DNA from: Parcubacteria group bacterium
GTDB taxonomy: Bacteria; Patescibacteriota; Patescibacteriia; UBA2169
Length of the DNA stretch: 40,985 bases
Assembly: GCA_016177305.1 (NCBI GenBank)
Contig: JACOVK010000061.1
Coordinates: 1-40,985 of the forward strand
Direction of reading: 5' to 3'
Part shown: positions 24,941 to 34,498 of the stretch, piece by piece
How the letters are laid out: every line of letters begins with the position of its first letter
Position numbering within the stretch: the stretch's first letter is position 1
Notes under the pieces: model-generated
Seen by the model: only the letters and a program-made list of their open reading frames with translations
Told to the model about the DNA's origin: nothing
Databases searched by the model: none
Made by a program: the position numbers and the translations under genes

Positions 24941-26761
24941 ATGCGATCAGTACTCAAAAATTTCATCGTTTTTTTTGCGGCGTTTTTGATTATCGCCGGG
25001 TTTTTGAGCGCGTTTTCGTCCCCGTTCGCGCGCCAAGAAGAGGCAACGTTCGGCTCGGTGGTCGCAGGCATCAGGGCGGGCGAGGTTACGCGCATCCTGG
25101 TTGCGGGCGATACGCTGCACGTTGCGTACGCGGACGGGAGCGAGAAGAGGTCCCGCAAAGAGTCGGGCGAATCTTTGGCGAGCCTGCTTGCCATCTACGG
25201 CGTGGCTGACGATGCAATCGCCCAGGTGAGTATTGAGAGCAAGGAACCCGGAGGCGCGGCGCTCTGGTTCGCGACGCTCGCCCCGTTCTTGATCCCGCTG
25301 CTCTTGATTGGGGTTTTTATCTGGTTCATGATGCGCCAGGTGCAGGGCGCGAACAACCGCGCCATGATGTTCGGGCAGAGCACGGCGCGCGAACAGCGCG
25401 AGGATAAGCAGAAGCCGCTCAAGAAAACCACGTTTGCGGATGTTGCCGGATCAACCGAAGCAAAGCAGGAGCTGGAAGAGGTGGTTGAGTTTTTGCGCCA
25501 GCCGCAGAAGTTCGCAAAGCTCGGCGCGCGCATTCCGCGGGGCGTGCTTTTGGTGGGGCCCCCGGGCACCGGAAAGACGCTCTTGGCCAAAGCCGTTTCC
25601 GGTGAAGCCGGAGTGCCGTTTTTCCACATGTCCGGCTCCGAGTTCGTGGAAATGTTCGTGGGCGTTGGCGCTTCCCGGGTGCGGGACTTGTTCCGCAAGG
25701 CGAAAAAGAGCGCTCCGGCAATTGTGTTCATTGATGAGATGGATGCCGTGGGGCGCCAGCGCGGATCGGGCTTGGGAGGGTCGCACGATGAGCGCGAGCA
25801 GACCCTGAACCAAATTTTGGTTGAAATGGACGGCTTTGAGACGGGCACGAACGTGATTGTGATCGCGGCAACCAACCGGCCGGACGTTTTGGATCCCGCG
25901 CTCTTGCGGCCGGGCAGGTTTGACCGCAGGGTTGCCATTGATCTGCCGGACATCAAGGAACGGGAGGCGATTCTTGCGCTGCATGCCGCAGGCAAGCCGC
26001 TCGCAAAAGAAACTAATCTCAAGGCGGTTGCGGAGCGCACGCCCGGATTTTCCGGAGCTGATTTGTACAATCTGCTCAATGAGGCCGCCATTCTCACGGC
26101 GCGCAAGGATAAAACCCAGCTCTCCCAAGAGGACATCTTAATCAGCATAGAAAAGGTGCTGCTCGGGCCCGAGCGCCGGTCGCACGTGCTTTCGGAAAAA
26201 GAAAAGAAGATCACCGCGTACCACGAGGCAGGGCACGCCGTGGTTGCGCACGTGCTTCCGGAGGCTGACCCCGTGCACAAGATTTCCATTGTCTCGCGCG
26301 GCAGGGCCGGCGGCTACACGCTTAAGCTGCCGACCGAGGACCGGCGGTTCCATAGCCGTTCGGAATTTGTCGCGGACCTTGTGGTGCTGCTTGCCGGGCA
26401 CGCCGTTGAAGAGAAGGTGTTCAAGGACATCACCACCGGCGCTTCCAACGACCTCAAGCGCGCCACCCAGCTCGCGCGCGCCATGGTTACGGAGTACGGC
26501 ATGAGCGAACGCCTGGGAACGCGCACGTTCGGCGACAAAGAAGAGCTCATCTTTTTGGGCAAGGAATTCGGGGAACAGCGCGACTACGGGGAAACGTTCG
26601 CCCAGCTCATAGATGAGGAAATCTCCCTACTGCTCCGTGAAGCGCGCGAGCGCGCCCAAAAGCTCATTGCTGCAAACATGCAGTACATTGAACGCGTGGT
26701 TGCCTCACTCCTTGAAAACGAAACCCTTGAGCGCGAAGCGTTTGAGCGGCTCATGGCGTAA
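24941..26761 (+). CDS. ftsH: ATP-dependent zinc metalloprotease FtsH
   Basis: [17 protein letters not shown], the second region of homology and the HEAGHAV zinc site. Two N-terminal TM segments. Confidence 0.97.
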   Translation: MRSVLKNFIVFFAAFLIIAGFLSAFSSPFARQEEATFGSVVAGIRAGEVTRILVAGDTLHVAYADGSEKRSRKESGESLASLLAIYGVADDAIAQVSIESKEPGGAALWFATLAPFLIPLLLIGVFIWFMMRQVQGANNRAMMFGQSTAREQREDKQKPLKKTTFADVAGSTEAKQELEEVVEFLRQPQKFAKLGARIPRGVLLVGPPGTGKTLLAKAVSGEAGVPFFHMSGSEFVEMFVGVGASRVRDLFRKAKKSAPAIVFIDEMDAVGRQRGSGLGGSHDEREQTLNQILVEMDGFETGTNVIVIAATNRPDVLDPALLRPGRFDRRVAIDLPDIKEREAILALHAAGKPLAKETNLKAVAERTPGFSGADLYNLLNEAAILTARKDKTQLSQEDILISIEKVLLGPERRSHVLSEKEKKITAYHEAGHAVVAHVLPEADPVHKISIVSRGRAGGYTLKLPTEDRRFHSRSEFVADLVVLLAGHAVEEKVFKDITTGASNDLKRATQLARAMVTEYGMSERLGTRTFGDKEELIFLGKEFGEQRDYGETFAQLIDEEISLLLREARERAQKLIAANMQYIERVVASLLENETLEREAFERLMA

Positions 26762-26782
26762 GCCGTGGCACGCCGTTTGAGA

Positions 26783-26805
26783 ATGTGGTATACTATATAC
26801 CACAT
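26783..26805. promoter_or_regulatory. Perfect 10-bp-arm palindrome ATGTGGTATA-CTA-TATACCACAT carrying an extended -10 box on both strands
   Basis: Read directly. TGgTATACT lies on the + strand at 26786-26794, about 55 nt upstream of the 26850 ATG. Confidence 0.55.
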
Positions 26806-26849
26806 ACGGGCCCTGCCTGCAGTAGGCGGCCAGGGAAAACAAAACGTCT

Positions 26850-27827
26850 ATGGAATCAGCTTCCTTGTATCGCAGCACGCTCAAGCGGGCGTGGCATACC
26901 ACCCGAACCCATCCGCACGTCTGGATACTGGGGCTTTTGGCCGCGCTCTTGGGCAACGGAGGTGAGTTTGAATTTGTGGTCACGCAGTTTAACCGGTTTT
27001 CAACCGGCGCGGTTTACTTCGGGGAAACGCTCTTGACCATGTTTGGCACAGGTGGGAGCACGGCGGTGAACGTGATTGCCGGCTTGCTCTCCCGCGTTGC
27101 GGGAAACTACATTCTCGCGGGTGCCTTGGCGTTCGGCGCGCTCTTTGTTGCCTGGCTTGTGGTTTCGGCCCAAGGAGCGCTGATCCGGGCCGTTGCAACG
27201 CCGGGGAGCGGAACGCTCGGATCGCACTTTGCCGCGGGCGTTCGGTCGTTCTGGCAGCTTTTGGGAATCCTCGTATGCACGCGGCTCGGGGCGTTTTTCG
27301 TGCTCGGCGTGGTTGGCATGCCGCTCTTCGCTTTGCTTTTGTACTTTACGGACGCGCTGAAGGCCCTCGCGCTGGTGAGCTTTGTTCTGGGGGTGCCGCT
27401 TTTGATGGTTGCTTCGCTCATTGCCAAGTACGCGGCCGCGTACCGCATGCTTGAGAAATCCGGAGCGCGGAGCGCGGTCGTGCGGGCGCTTGCGTTGTTT
27501 TTTGACCATTGGCTCGTTTCCGTTGAACTGGTGCTCACGCTGTTTGTGATCAATGTCGCAGTTGGCGGGGCCATGATTATCATGGTGCTCATATTTTCAG
27601 GGCCGTTTTTGATGCTCTCGGGCGCGCTTGAGCCGGAGGGCGCGAGCGCTGCTGTATTTTTGGCGCTCGCGCGCACGCTCTCGTTCCTGCTCTTGGTTGT
27701 GCTCGGCAGCATTCTGGCAACGTTTCAGTACGCTTCTTGGACCGAGCTGTTTTTGCGCATCCGGGAGCGCAGGCATACCAGCAAGATTGTGCGCGTTATC
27801 ATGCGGTGGCGCGAAAAGTACCGTTAG
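26850..27827 (+). CDS. Polytopic membrane protein, unknown function
   Basis: 325 aa with about 6-7 hydrophobic helices. I recognised no motif. Confidence 0.55.
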   Translation: MESASLYRSTLKRAWHTTRTHPHVWILGLLAALLGNGGEFEFVVTQFNRFSTGAVYFGETLLTMFGTGGSTAVNVIAGLLSRVAGNYILAGALAFGALFVAWLVVSAQGALIRAVATPGSGTLGSHFAAGVRSFWQLLGILVCTRLGAFFVLGVVGMPLFALLLYFTDALKALALVSFVLGVPLLMVASLIAKYAAAYRMLEKSGARSAVVRALALFFDHWLVSVELVLTLFVINVAVGGAMIIMVLIFSGPFLMLSGALEPEGASAAVFLALARTLSFLLLVVLGSILATFQYASWTELFLRIRERRHTSKIVRVIMRWREKYR

Positions 27828-27856
27828 TTTGCCGTTGCGGCTTGGGGATAGCCTGT

Positions 27857-27880
27857 GGAACGCATGTGCGTTCCGCTTTT
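27857..27880 (+). terminator. Terminator-like hairpin
   Basis: GGAACGCA/TGCGTTCC followed by GCTTTT. Confidence 0.5.
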
Positions 27881-27901
27881 GGTATGGATGGGATATGATT
27901 A

Positions 27902-27910
27902 TGGTATATT
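27902..27910 (+). promoter_or_regulatory. Extended -10 element (TGgTATATT) in front of dnaN
   Basis: It lies 18 nt upstream of the dnaN ATG, which implies a very short leader. Confidence 0.45.
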
Positions 27911-27927
27911 AGAAGATGTAATCGTAT

Positions 27928-29025
27928 ATGAAGCTCTCGTGCACCCAAGAAAATCTTGCGCATGCCTTGTCCATTGTCGCGCCAATCGCGACCCGCGGCG
28001 GCACGCTGCCCATCCTTTCCAACGTGCTCATGGAGGCGCGTGAGGGCACGTTAAAGCTTTCCGCCACCAACCTTGAAATTGGCGTAACCGCGCATGTGCG
28101 TGGCAAAATTGAGCAGGAAGGAACGTTTACGGTTGCGGGCCGGCTGTTCAGCGATTATGTGGGGCTTTTGGGCAGCGATGCCGTGACCTTGGCGCTCGCC
28201 GGAGAGAACCTTGAGATCCGATCCGGAAACGCGCGCACCAAAATCCACGGCCAGTCCGCGGAAGAGTTCCCCGTGATCCCGGCGATTTCCGGCAGTTCCA
28301 CGTTTGCGGTTTCTTCCCGCGATTTCAGCGAAGCGCTTTCGCAGGTCCTGTTTTCGGTGTCCTCAAGCGACGCGCGCCCCGAACTTGCGGGCGTGCTGGT
28401 TGCTTTTGAAGGGAAAACTGCCACTGTGGTTGGAACGGATTCGTACCGCTTGGCCGAACGGAAACTTGAACTGTCAGCCGCAGCCGCGGCGAGCCAGAGC
28501 ATTATTGTGCCGCTGCGCGCCGCGAGCGAACTCGCCAGAATCCTCGCGCACTCCGAGGGCGAGCTTTCGGTGAGCGTGAGCGAGAACCAGGTGCTGTTTT
28601 CGGTTTCAGACGTGGAGCTCTTGAGCCGCCTCGTCTCGGGAACGTTCCCCAACTACCAGGAGATCATTCCAAAAACCAATTCCACCAAAGTGGTGATTGA
28701 CAAAGACCCGCTCGTCCGGGCCATCAAATCAGCCGCTCTTTTCTGCAGGCAGGGCTTAAACCATGTGAGCTTCCAGTTTTCTTCGGACCGGATCATGGTT
28801 TCGGCCTCGGCTTCGGCGCTCGGCGAGAACACTATTGAGCTTCCGGCCAAAATTGAGGGGGCGGATTGCGATATCGTGTTTGACTACCGCTACGTTTTGG
28901 ACGGGCTTTCAGCCATCCGCGCTTCCGAGGTGCTGATCCAGCTTTCTGGCAGCGCAAGCCCGGGCGTGTTCAGCCCCAACGGGGGCACAGAGTATCTCTA
29001 TCTCGTGATGCCCATCAAGCAGTAG
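27928..29025 (+). CDS. dnaN: DNA polymerase III beta subunit (sliding clamp)
   Basis: N-terminus MKLSCTQENLAHALSIVAPIA..GGTLPILSNVLMEA..GTLKLSATNLEIG. 365 aa with a three-domain layout. Confidence 0.93.
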   Translation: MKLSCTQENLAHALSIVAPIATRGGTLPILSNVLMEAREGTLKLSATNLEIGVTAHVRGKIEQEGTFTVAGRLFSDYVGLLGSDAVTLALAGENLEIRSGNARTKIHGQSAEEFPVIPAISGSSTFAVSSRDFSEALSQVLFSVSSSDARPELAGVLVAFEGKTATVVGTDSYRLAERKLELSAAAAASQSIIVPLRAASELARILAHSEGELSVSVSENQVLFSVSDVELLSRLVSGTFPNYQEIIPKTNSTKVVIDKDPLVRAIKSAALFCRQGLNHVSFQFSSDRIMVSASASALGENTIELPAKIEGADCDIVFDYRYVLDGLSAIRASEVLIQLSGSASPGVFSPNGGTEYLYLVMPIKQ

Positions 29026-29026
29026 C

Positions 29027-29317
29027 ATGTGGGAGCCCATTGGAAGCCTCATCCCGAAATCCGTGCACAAGGCCGGCATCAGCCGTTCAGTGTCCGACGC
29101 AATGGTGTGCGAGGAATTTGATGTGATTGCGCGGCATATTTTGGGCACGGCTTCCTCCAAGTGCCGCGCCATATACGTAAAAGACCGCACCCTGTGGGTT
29201 GCGGTTCTTTCCAATTCCGTCTCAAACGAGCTCAAGATGTGCGAGCAGGATATTATCGCCGCGCTCAAGGAGCGCTTTGGGAGCTGCCGTGTCAGCGAAT
29301 TGCGGTTTATGGTGTAG
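29027..29317 (+). CDS. DUF721 (DciA-like) protein
   Basis: 96 aa. The pattern ...V....W..IVG......C.....KDRTLWV.V.SN..SNEL......II..L matches DUF721. Its position immediately after dnaN is the typical one. Confidence 0.7.
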   Translation: MWEPIGSLIPKSVHKAGISRSVSDAMVCEEFDVIARHILGTASSKCRAIYVKDRTLWVAVLSNSVSNELKMCEQDIIAALKERFGSCRVSELRFMV

Positions 29318-32245
29318 CTACGGTGATGTTTCCGGCACGTCAATCGTCACATCAACCCCGGAAACGCGGTGCGGGGTGTTTTGGCTGTCCCAGAGCACGG
29401 CATAGATTTCGTAGTCCCCGCCGAGCTGGGGTATGGCGTCCCAGGTAGTTTTAACGGTTGTGCTGTTCGGGGAAAGCGTCCGGATGAGCGCGTACTGGCT
29501 CGGTTTTGCTTTGGGCGCGGCAAAGAGCTCAAGTTTGGCGATGTCCGCGCTCGGAAGGGTGAGCTCAATTGCAACCGGGAAATCAAATTCGCTGAATACG
29601 GCGTTGCTCTTTGGCGCGGCAAAGGCAACGGGCAGGCTTGTCTTTTCCAGGAGCAGGTTAAAATTTACGGTTGCGGTTTGGCTGTTGTCAATGTCATCGT
29701 ACGCGATTGCCTTGAGCGCATGAAAGCCGTTGGCAACCGAAGGGTTCGGGATGTAGCGGCCCGCGTACGGCTCGTTGCGCGATTCAGCTGCCAGCTCATC
29801 ATCAACGTAAAACTCCACGCGCGAGATGCCGCGCGGCGCCGAGGCAACAACCCGGAAGAAGATAATGTCATTGCTTACGGTCTGGCCCTCGCTTGGCTCA
29901 ATGATTGAAATTGAGGGTTTGTTTTCAAACACGTGCAGATTGTCATATTCTGTTGGAATTTCACCCTCATCAGCTTTCCAATCATTCTCCGCCATCCAGC
30001 GCTCTACCGCGACTTCCCACTTGGGGTAGGCCGGGTCCCGTTCGTTCTCGTTCGCCGGTGCGGGGCCGGCCGGATCCGCGGGATTGACGTAGTACAGGAT
30101 GCTGTGCCCGGTGCGGAATATTTTTTCTTCAATGAACGATTCAGGGGTCAGTTCGGTTGCCAAGAGTCCCGATGCGCGGTCAATCCGGACTGGGGTGCCG
30201 CCTTCCAGGTCCCCGGCCAGCACGGGTTTGTCCGGGTACTCAATTTCCGGCTTTGGAAAGTACTCAACCGGTTTGTCCGCGAGTGCATCGCGCATGAATC
30301 GGTTCCAGATGGGAGCTGCCACCACAGAGCCGTCCGCGCCGCGCTTCATTTCCGAAAAATCGCTGTTGCCGACCCACACCCCGGCAGCGAGCTGGGGTGT
30401 GTAGCCCATGGCCCACGCGTCCCGGTAGTCGTTGGTGGTTCCGGTTTTTGCGGCCACCGGACGGCCTCCGAGGGTGAGATAGTTGTTCGCGCCAAAGACG
30501 TAGGCGCGCGCGTTGTTGTCCGAGAGCACGTCCGACAAAAGCCGGACCACCTGCTCTTCCATTACCCGTGTGCCGCCTTCCTCTTGGTATTCCTCAAGCA
30601 CCTTTCCGCGGGCATCTTCCACTTTGAGGATAGAAACGGTTGGCCGCGTGATTCCGTCATTGGCAAGCATGGCAAAAGCGGCCGTGTGCTCAATCAGTTT
30701 GACCTCGGCGCCCCCGAGCACCAAGGAGAGGCCATACTGGTCCGGATCTCCCAGCGTGGTGTACCCGATTTCCTCCGCCTTTTTGATGACGCTTGCCGGG
30801 CCCACCAGGTAGAGCATTTTTACGGCAGGAACGTTGATGGAGCCCTGCAATGCCGCGCGCACGGACAGGGGGCCGTGCTCTTGTAAGTCATAATTGTGCG
30901 GCACGTACTCTCTGTTGTCCGCGCCTTTGCCGAATTCAGTGACCACGTCCCAGAGCGTGGTTTTGTCGGTGTAGCCTTTCTCAAATCCGACCGCATACAC
31001 GAACGGCTTAAAGGATGAGCCGGGCTGGCGCGCTCCTTGGATGGCCACGTTGAAATTGCCGTCAATTTCCTCATTGGCGTAGTCGCGGGAGCCCACCATG
31101 GCAAGGATGTTCCCGTTTTTTGGGTCAAGGGCAATGAGCGAGGCGTTGGTGGCGTTGTACTGCTCCGCGTTCCGGTCCGCAAACTCCGCAACCGCGGCTT
31201 CGGCCGCTTGCTGCATGTCCCAATCCAGAGTAGTGGTAACCCGCAATCCGCCCTGCTCAACTTCGCGCTCCCCGTACTTTTCCGCGAGTTGCTCGCGCAC
31301 CCAGATCACGAAGTGCGGGGCATTGAAGAGGTTTGTTTTTTCCGTAAACACGAGCGCTTCATTGCGCGCCGCATCTGCCTGTTCCTTGGTGATAGAGCCG
31401 GCTTCCTCAAGCAGGCCAATGATGTAGTTTTTTCTGCCCTCAAGCTCATCCACGTGCGAGCCGTACGGGGAGTAGTAGGTCGGAGCCTTGGGCAGCGCCG
31501 CGAGGGTCGCGCCCTGGGCGATGGTCAGATCTTTCGCGCTCACGCTAAAGTAGAACTGGGAGGCGGATTCAATGCCATAGGCGTTTGAGCCGTAGGGAAT
31601 TTCGTTAAAGTAGAGCTGCAAGATCTGGTCCTTATCAAACTTGCGCTCAATCTGGTACGCGAGCACCAGTTCCTTTGTTTTGCGCGCGAGCGCTTTTTCG
31701 TTCGTCAAGAGCGCGTTTTTAACCAATTGCTGGGTGAGCGTGGAGCCGCCCTCTGCCTTGGAGAGGGTGAGCACGTCTTTTACCACGGCGCGGATGATGC
31801 CTTTGATATCAAAACCCTTGTGGTTGTAGAAATTTTGGTCTTCAACCAGGATGGTCGCCTGCTTTACGTATTCCGGAATCTGTTCCAAGGGGATGATGGT
31901 CCGGCGCTGGGTATCAAACGCCTCATACAGGAGGTGCTCTCCGGTCCGGTCGTAGATTTTGGTTGATTGGGCGACCGAGCGGTCAATGATTTTGTCGGGC
32001 GTGGGCAGGTTCCGCGAGTACCACGCGAACAGCGCCAAACCAAAGAGGATCCCCAAAGCCGCGGCGATCAGGGCATAGGGGATGAGGAATGCGATGATTG
32101 CTTTTACGTTGCCGCGCTTAAAGCTGGGCAGTTTCCTGCGCGGCGCGCCTCCGGCTTTGTTCTGTTGGATGCGGCGCTGGGAATACCGGGGGCGGCTGTT
32201 CTGGTCGCCCCAGGAGCGGCTGTGTTTGAAATGCGGAATGGGCAT
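29318..32245 (-). CDS. ponA: Bifunctional class A penicillin-binding protein (GT51 transglycosylase plus transpeptidase) with C-terminal Ig-like extensions
   Basis: EDQNFYNHKGFD and GGSTLTQQLVKN (GT51). SSFKP, SIN and KTGTT (transpeptidase). Roughly 270 extra C-terminal residues have beta-sandwich-like repeats. Confidence 0.92.
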   Translation of the reverse strand: MPIPHFKHSRSWGDQNSRPRYSQRRIQQNKAGGAPRRKLPSFKRGNVKAIIAFLIPYALIAAALGILFGLALFAWYSRNLPTPDKIIDRSVAQSTKIYDRTGEHLLYEAFDTQRRTIIPLEQIPEYVKQATILVEDQNFYNHKGFDIKGIIRAVVKDVLTLSKAEGGSTLTQQLVKNALLTNEKALARKTKELVLAYQIERKFDKDQILQLYFNEIPYGSNAYGIESASQFYFSVSAKDLTIAQGATLAALPKAPTYYSPYGSHVDELEGRKNYIIGLLEEAGSITKEQADAARNEALVFTEKTNLFNAPHFVIWVREQLAEKYGEREVEQGGLRVTTTLDWDMQQAAEAAVAEFADRNAEQYNATNASLIALDPKNGNILAMVGSRDYANEEIDGNFNVAIQGARQPGSSFKPFVYAVGFEKGYTDKTTLWDVVTEFGKGADNREYVPHNYDLQEHGPLSVRAALQGSINVPAVKMLYLVGPASVIKKAEEIGYTTLGDPDQYGLSLVLGGAEVKLIEHTAAFAMLANDGITRPTVSILKVEDARGKVLEEYQEEGGTRVMEEQVVRLLSDVLSDNNARAYVFGANNYLTLGGRPVAAKTGTTNDYRDAWAMGYTPQLAAGVWVGNSDFSEMKRGADGSVVAAPIWNRFMRDALADKPVEYFPKPEIEYPDKPVLAGDLEGGTPVRIDRASGLLATELTPESFIEEKIFRTGHSILYYVNPADPAGPAPANENERDPAYPKWEVAVERWMAENDWKADEGEIPTEYDNLHVFENKPSISIIEPSEGQTVSNDIIFFRVVASAPRGISRVEFYVDDELAAESRNEPYAGRYIPNPSVANGFHALKAIAYDDIDNSQTATVNFNLLLEKTSLPVAFAAPKSNAVFSEFDFPVAIELTLPSADIAKLELFAAPKAKPSQYALIRTLSPNSTTVKTTWDAIPQLGGDYEIYAVLWDSQNTPHRVSGVDVTIDVPETSP

Positions 32246-32248
32246 GCG

Positions 32249-33247
32249 TTATTCTTGTTCCAAAGTTTCCTGTTTTTCTGTTCGTGCGCTCCGGATGATG
32301 CGCCTCACGGCGCTGATTTTTTTGAGCGCCCGATAGGGCGTCAGGCTTTTCGCCCCTTTTTCGTCTTCATCTTTGGTTTCCAGTATTTTTTGCATAATTT
32401 CAACTACCTCATCTTGGTCAAAGCCCTCTGCGGCCCGGTGCGCGGGTGCCGGCAGGCGGCGGACAATATCAATGAGGCGCTCCAGGTCTTGCTTAAACTT
32501 AGGCGGAACATCCTTGAAGTCTCGGAAATTATGCAGGATGCGGATAACGTGTTCCGTCATCTGGCTTTCTATTTGCCCCAGGATCTCAAGCTGGACCGGG
32601 TCTTGGGCCATTTTTTGGTTGGTGCCTTTCTTTTTTTCCAGAATATCATATTGGATTTCAGTAATGCGCTTGAGCGCTTCCGGGGACACGTAGATGACGG
32701 CCCGTGGAATATTGTTCAGTGATTTTTGCGGGTGTTCCTCATCCGCTTGTGATTCAAAATATTTGATTGAGGTAAGCTTTCCCGCATCAACTTCTTGGTC
32801 AATGCGTTCCCGTTTTTTGGCGCGCACGTCCGCGTCTTGGGCTGTGGTGACGTCAATGGCAAGGTAGTGCGCGCCTTCGGGGCGCCCAAACTCAATTACC
32901 AGGTCAGCATGATTGATTCGGTCGTCAAATTCGGTTGTCTGGAATGTATAGGCATCGCCGCCCATCCATTCCGATCGCTCAATCTGCTCTGCAAGTACGG
33001 CCTCCAGTATCACGGCGCGTTCTGTTTTCTCCATTTCTGATGTTCGCCGTTTGAGGTCCGCGACTTTTTGCTTGTCGCGCTGCCGATCAAGATCATCAGG
33101 ATTGAGCTGTTTGAAATCATCAATTTTCGGCTCTTCTTTTCGGTATGGCTGCGCGAATTGGAGGTTTACCTCCCACTCTTTTTCAGAGAGATCATCCTCC
33201 CGCATTGAATGCTCGCGCGCGAACATTTGTTCAGGATTAAGCGTCAT
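32249..33247 (-). CDS. Hypothetical protein (332 aa), co-oriented 3 nt upstream of the PBP gene
   Basis: Charged and helical. I recognised no family. Confidence 0.5.
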   Translation of the reverse strand: MTLNPEQMFAREHSMREDDLSEKEWEVNLQFAQPYRKEEPKIDDFKQLNPDDLDRQRDKQKVADLKRRTSEMEKTERAVILEAVLAEQIERSEWMGGDAYTFQTTEFDDRINHADLVIEFGRPEGAHYLAIDVTTAQDADVRAKKRERIDQEVDAGKLTSIKYFESQADEEHPQKSLNNIPRAVIYVSPEALKRITEIQYDILEKKKGTNQKMAQDPVQLEILGQIESQMTEHVIRILHNFRDFKDVPPKFKQDLERLIDIVRRLPAPAHRAAEGFDQDEVVEIMQKILETKDEDEKGAKSLTPYRALKKISAVRRIIRSARTEKQETLEQE

Positions 33248-33310
33248 GGCATTTTTGCGGTTATTTTGCTAAAATGAATCCATTAATGGTACCTATACCA
33301 TACTTATTTT

Positions 33311-34498
33311 ATGGCAAAAAAGCAAGCAAAAACTTACGAACTTCTCACCCGAGGCGTGGAACAAGTTGTTCCGGAAGAAGTTGCTGAAGGAAAGTTGCGA
33401 TCCGGCAAAAAATTGCGCGTGTACTTGGGAATTGATCCAACCGGATCCAAGCTTCATATTGGGCACAGCGTCCCACTCCGAAAATTACAAGCATTCGCCG
33501 ATGCGGGGCATGAAGCCATTTTCCTGATCGGCAGTTTCACGGCGATGATCGGCGATCCCACAGGCAGAGACGCCGCGCGCCAACCGCTCACACGAGAGCA
33601 GGTGGAAGCGAATTTCCAGACGTACAAGAAGCAGGCGGGCCGCATATTGGATTTTTCCAAGGTCACTATCCGCTACAACCATGAATGGCTGGAGAAACTC
33701 TCGTCCGCGGAAACGTTCAAAATAATGAGCCATTTTACCATACAGCAGATGCTCCAGCGCGACATGTTCAAGGAGCGCATGAAGCACGATGAAGACCTTA
33801 GCCCAATGGAATTCATGTACCCATTGATGCAGGCGTACGATTCCGTCGTTTTGGATGTGGATGCCGAAATAGGCGGCAACGATCAATTGTTCAACATGCT
33901 CTGCGGCCGGAAACTCCAAGAGCGGTACGGCAAGCGCGAGAAATTCGTCATCGCCACGAAACTCCTGGAGGGCCTGGACGGCCGCAAGATGAGCAAGACC
34001 TACGGCAATGCCGTAAACATTACGGACGAGCCGAACGACATGTTCGGAAAAATCATGTCTCTGCGGGATGATCTCATCATCCGGTACTTTGAACTGTGCA
34101 CGGACGTTCCTTTGGCAGAGATTGAGGGCATCAAGAAAAGCCTGAAAGCAGGCGGCAATCCCCGTGACGCAAAAGCCCGGTTGGCGCGGGAAATCGTTGA
34201 GATGTACCATGGCGCGAAAGCGGCACAGGCTGCGGAGAAAGAATTCAATGCAGTGTTTCGGTCCGGCGCTTTGCCCGCGGACATCCCAAAAAAGAAGGTT
34301 TCCGGCAAACAAAAACAAGCGGACGAGCTGCTTGTTGCACTGGGGCTTGCGCAATCCCGGTCAGAAGCAAAGCGCCTCATTGAACAGGGCGGCGTGCGCA
34401 TGAATGGCGCGGTTTTAAGCGATTGGAAAGAGCGCGTGGACATCAAAAAAGGCGCCGTTGTCCAGGTGGGCAAGAGGAGGTTTGTGGAAATCAGCTAG
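33311..34498 (+). CDS. tyrS: Tyrosine--tRNA ligase
   Basis: HIGH motif (LHIGHSV), KMSKT, and a C-terminal S4-like domain (SRSEAKRLIEQGGVRMNG). Confidence 0.92.
   Translation: MAKKQAKTYELLTRGVEQVVPEEVAEGKLRSGKKLRVYLGIDPTGSKLHIGHSVPLRKLQAFADAGHEAIFLIGSFTAMIGDPTGRDAARQPLTREQVEANFQTYKKQAGRILDFSKVTIRYNHEWLEKLSSAETFKIMSHFTIQQMLQRDMFKERMKHDEDLSPMEFMYPLMQAYDSVVLDVDAEIGGNDQLFNMLCGRKLQERYGKREKFVIATKLLEGLDGRKMSKTYGNAVNITDEPNDMFGKIMSLRDDLIIRYFELCTDVPLAEIEGIKKSLKAGGNPRDAKARLAREIVEMYHGAKAAQAAEKEFNAVFRSGALPADIPKKKVSGKQKQADELLVALGLAQSRSEAKRLIEQGGVRMNGAVLSDWKERVDIKKGAVVQVGKRRFVEIS

Noticed and set aside
27828-27927. oriC directly upstream of dnaN.
   Set aside because: The gap is only 100 nt and is not markedly AT-rich. 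It contains just one poor DnaA-box-like 9-mer (TGTGGAACG). A terminator-like hairpin plus an extended -10 promoter explain it better.
33248-33310. T-box leader upstream of tyrS.
   Set aside because: The intergenic region is only 63 nt, far too short for a T-box riboswitch, and no T-box sequence or terminator/antiterminator pair is present.
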